DNA of 62,951 bases, filler included, from Phoronis australis (lineage: Eukaryota > Animalia > Phoronida): the NCBI GenBank assembly GCA_002633005.1. It is 7 parts of 7 records of this genome, joined end to end, with 100 filler letters (N's around TTAATTAATTAA, not from the genome) between each part and the next. Parts side by side here need not be neighbours in the genome. Positions count along the whole stretch, not along the records: positions 47,998 to 62,951 come from NMRA01000053.1; 6 more parts are not named here. One strand, given 5' to 3'. Positions 52,550 through 62,951 of the stretch are shown piece after piece; the first letter of the stretch is position 1, and every line of letters begins with the position of its first letter. The notes under the pieces are model-generated. The model worked only from the letters and a program-made list of their open reading frames with translations. It searched no databases and was not told where the DNA came from. The position numbers and the translations under genes are program-made.

Positions 52550-53494
52550 ATTTGGGTAGCAGGCCTTCTTTTATGCATATTTCATTGAAAAGTAACCTGT
52601 TCTTGGCTTTAATTAGTTTGTACAACAAATTTTCGTAGTGTCTACACAAGTGTCTTTCATCGGATGGTAATTGACATAGTAGATCGCCCAGTGCAAGTGG
52701 CATCACGAACAAATATATATGAGTAAATATATAATAAAACTCTGTACAAAACATTTCATAATAAAACAGTAGCGGTAAATCGACTATATACCAGTCATCA
52801 AAGGCAAATAAATTTAAAAATCATCAACGCTATCGTGTAAGATACATGAAACAAGAACATTGACATTAAACACGAATATAAGGCTGCATACATAAGAGCG
52901 CAATTACAGAAAGAAATGTCATGGAAACTAATGTACTATGAAACGTTGTAAAATTTATTAAAATACATAGGTGTAACAACTTATGGACATTATTTATATA
53001 ACGACCAGGTACGATGGAACCCAGTATCTTGGGAATTTATGTCAGGAGTTTCAGTTTTTATTATTAAAGCTTCGAGTATTTTCAACGGAAAGGAGTCACT
53101 TTCGAAATACCTGACGATGGTATTGTCAACAATATCTGAACGAGAAATTTTCTGTTTGTGGAGTGTTTGGAAGTGATCTTTAATTGATCCATTCTGTAAA
53201 TGCATAGATAACACGATAGCGTTTATGATTTTTAAATTTATTTGCCTTTGATGACTGATGTTAGTCGAAGTACTGCTACTGTTTTATCAAAAGTTTTGTA
53301 GAGTTTTATTATATATTTACTCATATATATGTGTTCGTGATGCCACTTACACTGGGCGATCTACTAATGTCAATTACCATCCGATGAAAGACACTTGTGT
53401 AGACACTACGAAAATTTGTTGTACAAACTAATTAAAGCCAAGAACAGCTTACTTTTCAATGAAATATGCATAAAAGAAGGCCTGCTACCCAAAT

Positions 53495-53554
<60 letters not shown>

Positions 53555-54033
53555 NTAAAAACTGAAACTCCTGACATAAATTCCCAAGATACTGGGTTCC
53601 ATCGTACCTGGTCGTTATATAAATAATGTCCATAAGTTGTTACACCTATGTATTTTAATAAATTTTACAACGTTTCATAGTACATTAGTTTCCATGACAT
53701 TTCTTTCTGTAATTGCGCTCTTATGTATGCAGCCTTATATTCGTGTTTAATGTCAATGTTCTTGTTTCATGTATCTTACACGATAGCGTTGATGATTTTT
53801 AAATTTATTTGCCTTTGATGACTGGTATATAGTCGATTTACCGCTACTGTTTTATTATGAAATGCTTTGTACAGAGTTTTATTATATATTTACTCATATA
53901 CATTTGTTCGTGATGCCACTTACACTGGGCGATCTACTATATCAACTACCATCCGAAGAAAGACACTTCTGTAGACACTACGAAAGTTTGTTGTACAAAC
54001 TAATTAATGCCAAGAACAGGTCACTTTTCAATG

Positions 54034-54085
<52 letters not shown>
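52460..54085. mobile_element. Cluster of three Penelope-like (Naiad-type) ends in inverted and tandem arrangement
   Basis: Minus copy 53212-52541 ends in (TA)n, plus copy 53213-53500 ends in (TA)n, and plus copy 53556-54035 ends in (CA)n. Same family as 34375-35100. Confidence 0.85.
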
Positions 54086-54599
54086 GTACGTATATTTATA
54101 TCACTATAATTTGGCACTAATCTTTCTCGCATATTTCATTGAAAACACGACATTGGTCTGTTTTTACTAGTTAAATCTCAGTTCTTTCCAACTCTCTAAA
54201 TAGAGCTCTTGTCTTTACATCACAACAGTGCAACAAAAATCCAAACGACATCAGTAGGTAACATAATTTAAAAAGCGATATTTCGAGACACATATCTCAT
54301 CTTCAGGCTACTATTTACAACTAGTTCACTGTGAAACGCACATCAGAAATGACAAGTGTAATATAACACGTGAAGTTGGCATGCGCAACTATGACTATTA
54401 AACATTTATAAATGTACATACATTGTGTGCAACATAATCTATAGATCACCGAAATAACGAAAGAATCCTTAGAGTTCCAGTTTGGTGATCGTTCAAACTG
54501 GGTTTTTCAAACATTATTATTACACCGCTTGCAAATGCATCCAATCTTTCTCAAGTCACCTAGCCGACCACACTCCTCGAGAAGTATTGTTAATTATAA

Positions 54600-55165
54600 A
54601 GTTAACCGGCCTATTCCGGTTAAAATTTGACTAATTCTTAAGCAGCTCACTGAAAAGTTGGTACAGTTTTCAAAAATCTACTCATGACGAGTCCGTACAG
54701 TTGGCTCTGGTGGGTCCGTACACTCAGTCGTTTGTCTGGCCTCCTGATTTACACTTTCCATATCTTTGTTAATGAAGCAAACTTTTAGCTGAAACTTTTG
54801 CACCACATGCACATCTTCATAAAATATTACTTGCAATATGAAATGTATTAAATCAACCTACATAATACATCATTTTATAACAAACATTCACCGGTAATCC
54901 TGATTTTTTCACAACATTACGGCCACCGAGTCGCTCTGGGCCCTCATTGCTGGCCACTAACGTGAGAAACTTTCAGCGCTAATCACGACTATTTAACTAT
55001 TGGGCAGACCAGTTTCTAATTACATGTACATGTAGGATAGATTTTTGCATTTAAAGACAATTTTGTTCGACTGGTGTTGTATTCTCTACATCAAATTGCT
55101 CATGACGACGCCGTACTCCTCATGACCAGTCCAACCACGTAGTACAGGTCCCCACACCGTTGGTA
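54600..55165. repeat. Dispersed repeat with ctcatgac subterminal motifs; end shared (inverted) with 49400-49470
   Basis: 55097-55160 is the approximate reverse complement of cggtgtggggacctgta...atgaggagta.gc.tcgtcatgagca at 49402-49463. Confidence 0.55.
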
Positions 55166-55528
55166 TGAAACATTTGAATTAATAGATTATTTCCCATTGC
55201 ATTACCTAACCTGGACGTTGGAGTGCGTTGCGATAGTTAGTGCATTATTAAACATAAAAAAGAAATTGGGATTATGTATCAGAAACAGCGTCAAAGAACA
55301 TAAGCATCATCTTGAATTAACCTTCAAATATGACACGTACGAAACAGATAAGATTGTTCCAATAAGAACAAATTGGAAGAATGATTGTTATTAACGAATT
55401 TGAGTAAAAATAAGATGCTCGTAGTCAGGTTTATGCTTAGCCGATTACCACTTAAAGAGGTATGGAACGCGAAAGCTCGACAGAACATCCTTTAAACAAA
55501 TCCTGACAACGTCAAGTACAGAGTAACT

Positions 55529-55672
55529 GACTTCCCCCTGTGGGGAAATTCCCGGAAAAATCACAACATTCACGCTTTTTGAAATGCGCGCGAAGGGAAA
55601 ACTCTGTGGTTACCACAGAGTTGCTAATCTCCTTCCCACTTATAAATGTACGCATGCGATTACAGTCATTTG
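55529..55672 (+). promoter_or_regulatory. Candidate TATA promoter with NF-kB-like and RUNX-like sites
   Basis: GGGGAAATTCCC at 55542-55553, gggaaaactc at 55595-55604, an inverted TGTGGT pair at 55601-55621, TATAAA at 55641 and Inr-like tcattt at ~55666. Confidence 0.35.
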
Positions 55673-56639
55673 CTTGATGTCGCAAAGATCACATTTTACA
55701 TATAAGGAAATGTGTGAGGCCTATGTCTTTGCATAACAAATAAGGAGACGTGCTTTGCCTTGCGGGAGAAAAACAATGAAGTGGCGAGCAGTTGACAGAT
55801 CGTTTTTCTTTTAAAATTGGCGCTAGTGGGAGAGGGTTTACAAAGAGAATAAAAAGATCGCTAACCGCTGCCTGGAATATCCGGTTGAGTGAACATAAAG
55901 CCATGGAAACATCGGAATAGAACATAGTGGTTCTGACGAACGTTGGGATTGCTCTAAAAACCCCTCGACCCCCACACCCCACGACCACCTAGATCCCCCT
56001 TGTCAGAATAAATATCGATTAAGTAATTAGTAAGAATAGATCCATTTTAAGTTGCCCAAAACTTGTGCATATGTTGTTTTAAATCGTGGGGTCAAAATTG
56101 TTGACATGTACTTTAACGTCAAAATCTATTTTTAGATGGTGATTACAACTTTGGGTTCTGGGGTCAAAGTACTCTAGAGATTCTAGAAAATTCTGAGAAC
56201 AAACTGTAACAGCCAATGATATGATTGGATATGAGCATGTGGTTTTTATTAATCAATCACTAAATAAGGAGAATATTATAAGATGGGTTTTTAAGTCAAG
56301 ATGAAGTTCAGATACCCTCTAGTAGTTGAAGCATAAAGACTCGCTGCAGTGTACAGAGGAAATTGTACGACAGAGCCATTTCGTGGAAGATTCTAGACAG
56401 GATCTTGTTTTTTTTTTCACTGTGATATATATTTATTGAAGGATACACAGAACATACAAAGAAATAATAACAAACCCAGAAACCGCGAAGCATTATATCT
56501 GGGTTGTAAACAATTCATAATTGAAACTTATATACATAGAGGTATATACAATTAAGTAGTATCTAAAATAAGTATTCCATTACTTAGACATGCTATTACA
56601 TATATTTAAAAACAAAAATATTTACAGATTCATGTAGGG

Positions 56640-57540
56640 AAATCAGATGCAACAATATTGATAAACGGTACATAAAAATTTGCTAACGTTGCTNNNNNNN
56701 NNNNNNNNNNNNNNNNNNNNNACGTTGTTGACATTGTTTATTACCTTGAACGTAAATGTGGTCATGTGAAGATTGCGTCGAGTAGACAGTTTGGGCCACT
56801 TGAGATTATTCAAAACCTTAACACTATTGGATCCCCTGTAAGCTCCAGTTATGAGTAAGGCGGCTTGATATTGTAACTTCTCCAAATGTTGGAGTGCACC
56901 CGTATTGGCAGACTGATATATAATATCACAATAATCAATGTGTGGAAGTACAAAGGACTTGAACAAAACTTCTAAATGTGTAGAATTCAGATGACGAGAG
57001 ACAAGCTTAAGTGGGTTAATTAGTTCCTGAGTTTTTTGTACGAGCTCCCGAACGTGAGGGGTGAATGAGAGTTTTTCATCTAACAGTATACCCAGATGTC
57101 TGTGCGACTGTTTTCTAGGAATGATTTCATCATTAAGTTTAAGGTCATAAGACGGGTCAACAAGGAAGAGAGCATTAATAGATTTGGAGAAGGTGAGGTC
57201 AACGCTTTTTTCTGGTTTAAAATTCATTCTCCATTCTTGTGACCAATAGCTTAGATTATTTAAGTCGTGTTGAAGCTGCAAAGAACATTCAGGGCTGCTC
57301 CCTGCGAAGGGGTAAAAAAGCGCCGTGTCATCTGCATAAAGGTATGTGCTACATGACAGGTTATCAGGAAGGTCATTAATATAAACCAAGAAGAAAAGAG
57401 GACCCAATACGCTACCCTGCGGTACACCTGCGTTTACAAATCCAGGAGGGGATAAAGTTGAAAGTACGCCATCGACACGAACACTGTATGTTCTTTTCGG
57501 AGAGATATGAGGTGATCATGTTTAAAAGATTACCAGGATC
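56640..57540 (-). mobile_element. CR1/L2-type LINE ORF2 reverse transcriptase C-terminal fragment
   Basis: GVPQGSVLGPLFFLVYINDL, YLYADDT, HLGILLD.KLSF and P.IDYCDIIY. Open for ~250 codons; contains an N run at 56694-56721. Confidence 0.93.
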
Positions 57541-59989
57541 TTGTCAAAGGCAACGGTTAACGAACAGGATGTTAACTAAGAGCTTATCGCTTGCATCGTG
57601 GGTAGTAAGATACTACCTGAAGTGTTGCGTCACTAGCCAGAGACTGTGACCAGCAAGAAGAATCTCGGATAGAAGAAATTGCCTGCAAGTGTTGCATCAC
57701 CAGAGACGGTAACCAGCAACTACACTGTCGCTAGATGGTGTGTTTAGTTCGAAGATTCACCAACAGGACAGTCATCCAACAAGTGGAGAGTCCTAGCTTG
57801 GATAGCAGATAAGACATTTGATTATTTTGGTTGATTGACTGAAGTAATCTTTAAAGAGGGCGCTAGCGTAGTTACTCTTCTTTGTAGTTGATAACTTAAT
57901 TACCAAAAGGTTTTGCTTATCGAATTAGGGAATATCCTATAATAAATTAATTACTGGATTTGATTATTCACTTTCCCTCTACGCACAATCTCAAAGCATA
58001 GCTATCTTTTAAAGAAACCCACAGTCAATCTCTGACACCTCTCTACCTACAACCCCCTCGACCCACGACATGTGTCAATAGATGTATGTTTGAGATTTTT
58101 GCACATTTTATAATCAAATTACGTCGCTTAATGACTTTCCCATAAGACTTACCTACACGCGAATCTGCTCTGGCTCAGGTCTGGTGGTTAAAAACAGAAA
58201 GTAGCGAATTGTGAGCGTTATATCGTTGCCATGAAAATAGTTCCACGAGCGGCTACCAGTGACCCTGTTCAACTAAATCTAGGGACAGAGTACGTTAAAA
58301 CGTGAATGCACATAATTTCACATTTTAATTATTTGTTTTATGTTGTATACTTGTTTACAATATACTACATGTAAGCTGTGATAGTTTTTAGTTAACAGTT
58401 TGTTTTTTAAAACTGCATTTACTGAAAAAAATACATATTTGTCGGTTCCTTGCATGCGCCCAAAAAAACTTGAATCTGCCACTCACTGAAGAGCAGACGA
58501 GACGATTACACTGCCTGAAACGACAGTTGAAACCTTGGTAGGTCTTTAATTTGATTTGGTCGCGTTTTTTCTGTTTTTGGTTTTCAAACTTGCCGAATCG
58601 ACTCTCTTTAAGATGCTATGTCTCATTAAATTGTTAATATGCAAATGAAGTATTAGTTTACAAACAACCCCAGGTCTTCTGGTGTTCTGGAAGACCCGAG
58701 GTGTGTGTTTACGGAAACCACCTAAGAACCAGTTACTATTACAATGTACAATCTCGCAAAAGTTTTGTTTTGCGAGACTATTTTATGTAAACGAGTATGG
58801 CAATATGTCATCGTCACCCTAATACAACAAGATACAGTTTTTATTATTTGTTCATTTCACTGCCAAGAGACGGTATTTGGAATTACTACAGTTTTCTATG
58901 TTCACATTTATTTTTAAGTGCATCACCTGTGGTGTTTTCTTTAAAACCGCATTTTATTTTCAAATTGTTTTCCTGATTATACTATACAAACAGTTTTCTA
59001 GGAAGTCGCAACGATGACGCTGGCTACAAATTTAAATATTCACGCTTTTAATGAGACACAGCGTATTTATATGCAAAAAGACAGGGATTAGCCAGCCGAG
59101 ATCGCTGTCCGACTCGTTGGTCATGCAAGTTAGCGCTTCTTCTATGTTCAGACCTAGTCGAGCTTGTGTAGACTGGGTCGAGGGGATTGAGGGCCCGTGG
59201 GGGTTTTGAGGTGTGGGATCCAGGGGTTTTAGAACAATTCGGAACCTTGGGCCTGAGAAATATCGCAGAAGGTTCAAGTTCATGGTCAAGTAAACACCCG
59301 GGCCGCTTAGCCTAAACGTACAGAGCCGAGGCGGCATGCATGTATTCTCTTAGTTAGGGCTGTCGCTGTTCTCTTTTGATGTGCGGCTTTGGATTGGTGC
59401 ATGCGCGCATAAGTTCCCACACTTGAATCTCTGGAGCGCATGTTACATTGGAAGTAACATATGTGAGTGACAGGTGACTCTACATATGTGCGTGCTCAGC
59501 CCTTGGAAGAAGGACTTGTTAATGTGTCTCGTTGGTTCCCTTCGTGTCCCCTAGGGGGTAGAGTACACGGAGGTATCCGATTCAACAAAACACGTTTTAT
59601 CCCTGGTTGATGTATCCTCAGCAGTCATTTTTTACATGTAGATTTACAATGAAGAAGGAAAATGGCGGATTGTGAGCGATTTTAGCCTTGTCAACACATT
59701 TGCGAACCAATTTTTCTCTTCACTGCAATATTTCGTTTCTGAAGTGATGTTTAAGAGCAGCGTGGCCAATTTAACCGGTATGTTATTTACACTGGGTAAA
59801 AACAAAGGAAGCAGCATAAAAAAATCAGTGGCAGTACAACAGTGCACGCAAAAAAGGCCCAACCATGGCTTTCCGATTCACATTTCTTGACCACCAGCTT
59901 AAGCACCGATTTGTCTGTACAACAGACCACTAACTATATCTCCACTGATTTAAACTTATCTATCAGTCATGTTAGTTTGATTACGTAAA

Positions 59990-60705
59990 GCGCTTCCTGT
60001 TGACAATTCGACCAGCCAATAAGAACGCCGGTGTACAAAAATTTCTCGTGAAAATGAAATGATACCTAGGGGACACTCAAAAACCAGCGAGGATAATTTG
60101 CTGTCTTGCAATTAAAAAACACGCGACGGACAATGAAACAGATCGTTACTTAATTGACAGCATTTCCAAATCACAGGCAGGGGGACCGACCCGTGGCGGA
60201 GTGCAATATTGTCGGGGATATTATAATAGGCTAATCAGGACATCTTGCATGAAAAATAAATATTTTTCATCACAGGGTTGAATTAGTATGTGACGTTTTA
60301 TCACATTCTTATGCCGTGGTCCCAAATTTTTTTCGGGGTATCCAAACATTTTCAAAAGTAGTCGAAAACGCTAGCCAATGAAACGCGTCAAAGATCGGTT
60401 CTGACTATCATCCCATGTTCCCGCGACATCTGTTCTCTGTCAGTGTTCAACGTGATAAGGCAACAAGCAAATAACGGCCGCATTCGCTCGATAAGTTTGC
60501 CAGGTATCAACTTGCCGCCAAAAACTTGGCTCGGCGTACTTGAGAAATTCCAAGCCGCATGTTGCGACTTGATACGAGATGACCGACGGTCTCGGCTCTT
60601 ATTCCCAAAGTTTAGGTTACAATTGTGATGTGCAAATCATTATGTCGAGAGTTCAGTCCTGATTGATTACAAACGACACGTTGAACTTACGTGTGCTCGG
60701 TAAGT
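59990..60705 (+). promoter_or_regulatory. Possible promoter and short non-coding first exon
   Basis: CpG-enriched, with CCAAT boxes near 60015 and 60375, an Inr-like ttcagtc at ~60652 and a strong donor g|gtaagt at ~60699. No downstream coding exon was recognised. Confidence 0.25.
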
Positions 60706-62951
60706 GCGCATTGCTGGATAGAGCTCCTCACTAATTTAGTCGTGTACCAAACCGATTACCGGTTTGTCTACAAGTTATTTCTTACCGAATGTACGGGTTC
60801 ACTATAGACTTATCCCCAGTCAGAGTAAATAGTATTTTTTACATAAAATACTAAACAAATACTTTTTGCTGGGTAATGCCTTTGCCGTAGCTTTTGGTTG
60901 GCGACTGGCTCATGTCCTTTTGCCTCTGATTCGTATAATTCATTGGCTTACGTGTTTCACGCAACGGCAAGTGAGCGGCACCGGGCGTTTGAGAGCCGCA
61001 CTAAACATTACGTTGGTAATTCATTGAGTCACGGAATCTCGAAGAAAAACATTCCCAAATACAAAAAACACACCTACATTAGTTTTTCTAACCTTTATTT
61101 CATCAAACAACAAATTAATTGCTCTTTGACTCAAAAATTGACAGCTAATACGCGCGCAATTATAATCATGTCCATGGGAGGGGGCACCATAGAGGACTGG
61201 GAGAAGCTATACCCCCCACTTATTTCAGTGGACATGGGCGGTACACCGTATAGGGGGCTGTGGGGCTATGGCCCCATCTCCCCTCCCTCCCCATTCTACT
61301 TATTTCAGGGCTGTGCCGCTAATGATGTCACGGGACTGTAAATATTTGATTTAATCTATGAACTAACCTCTGCAAAACGTGAAGTTTGCACGCGCACACT
61401 TCTGCATTGTTGCCGCGTGAGAATAGTTGCAATCCAAGCGGAGCGCTGCATGGTCACTGGTCATCTGCGCACAGGGCGCCGGAAATAGCTCCAACAAGAC
61501 TGCACGGTACTGTTACTCTGCTATTTTGTGAATTTATTCATGAAGGCCTAATCTGAGGACAACAGAAACTTTGCTTGGAAAATCCGCTGTTGTGACATTT
61601 TGCTGCCATTTGGGGACACATTGGAAAAACTTATCGCGATTTTACATTATTTTGCTTTCGCTAAAAAAGCGACCAGAAAAACAATTTTTCGAGCTCTATA
61701 GTAGCGTAGTATAGCAAATCACAGATTCCGATTACCCGAATAGAATTGGTGCTTATTGATTTGTGTTCTTTTATAAGAATAGGATTTTCATTTTACCTAT
61801 CCAAAAGGCTTGAACGAAATATTTTTCCAACACAAATGTGCGTACGAACTATTTTTACCTCGGACACCTACTGTCCTAAGTATTAGAGGTATAACGCCAT
61901 GTTTCAAGAGCCGTGTACGAACTAATGGAGTGTACGAACTAATAGAGAAAACACCCTGAAAGCAAATGCTTTGGCATTAATTGAAATTACATCTATACGA
62001 ATAAATCCAAAAATACCTGGTAATCATGTTGAATTCTGTTTCAGTGGCAGATGACCACTCTCAATATTGCAATACATATTAGCCTGTTGATCGCGTTTCA
62101 GCCCTCTTTAAGTAAACGTTATGCAGTATTATAAAAAGATCACTTTCTACCGATTTGGATCGGACAGCACACAACAGTCCGCAATCATTATGTAGGCTAA
62201 ATTATCACTTGATTGATTATCATGCCTTTATCTTAAGGTTGCGCTCGTCCAGGCAGACTTCACATGAATTACGGCGAGACGTATTACGAGGTACGTGATG
62301 GCAAAAGATACAAGTGCACTTGCGTCAAAGGACCAGATCCCGAATTGGCGGATGACACGTCCCATTCGCACATTAAATGCCTGGTTGTTTAGTAGCAAAC
62401 ATTCAGAATTTTCACATTGACTTGTAAAGAATGAAAAGAAACCATAAACAATGATGTGGAGAATGTCTGACTTTTTATGTGCTCTGAAACTCCAAAATTT
62501 GATTCGATTTGCGTAGCTGTGCGCAGCATTCGAAACAAGTGACTAAAAATACGAACATATAAAAAAATAATTGCAGGCGGTCTGACACACGTTGTACGTT
62601 CTGGCTATTGGTCTGTGGTCTAGTGGATGAGAGATCAAAATAAGTGTGGAAAATACCCGATATCATCGCCTTCAACTCACGTTGAAATCAAAACTGATAT
62701 ACGTGTACGTAAAATGTGTTAAAAGACCGGGGTAAACATGTTTTTGTTGCGTCTATTCCCCTATTTCACGAAAGCGCCATCTTTCCGCGCCATCTTTAAA
62801 TACTGATCGAAAACGAGGCACACTGATAAAACCTCGTGAGAGATCATCAGCTGGCCATGGTGTACTGTGCAGTGCCAGAACGTACCAATTCCAGTAATAA
62901 CTCGTCGCTATTCTTCCCAGGGATATACTTAGCCACTAGCTCGCCCAGTCG

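Noticed and set aside
58480-58545. Hammerhead-like ctgaagagcag...ctgcctgaaac
   Set aside because: Extra nucleotides precede GAAA and no stem I partner could be found.
55452-62111. One large Kolobok-type element bounded by ttaaagagg...cctctttaa
   Set aside because: The ends match only loosely, no transposase is seen inside, and similar ends occur elsewhere (42696, 57851).

Overview
AT-rich, intron-rich animal (invertebrate, possibly lophotrochozoan; this is an inference) genomic DNA. It consists of seven contigs joined by artificial 100-nt spacers (N44-TTAATTAATTAA-N44). Four spliced genes can be rebuilt by hand with phase-consistent GT-AG exons: five internal exons of a probable CatSper auxiliary (beta-like) subunit (+, 1790-4930); an RPUSD4-like pseudouridine synthase lacking its 5' exon(s) (+, 9364-17616); a complete 3-exon TMEM64 (-, 24921-32663); and three PRPF4 exons that the ORF track misses (-, 45629-47604). 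The rest is mostly mobile DNA: Gypsy LTR/gag and pol fragments, CR1/L2-type LINE pieces, a decayed Tc1/mariner, Naiad-like Penelope ends, several MITE families and Helentron/HINE-like repeats. The most notable signals are (i) a dispersed repeat whose ~150-bp units each carry a CTCF-like motif, arranged as a ~445-bp higher-order trimer; (ii) Penelope ends that always stop in microsatellites and carry a degenerate minimal hammerhead; (iii) two TIR-bounded element families that carry tRNA-like Pol III cassettes; (iv) the CatSper-like gene; and (v) a compact kB/RUNX/TATA promoter-like module. All protein identifications come from remembered motifs, not database searches.
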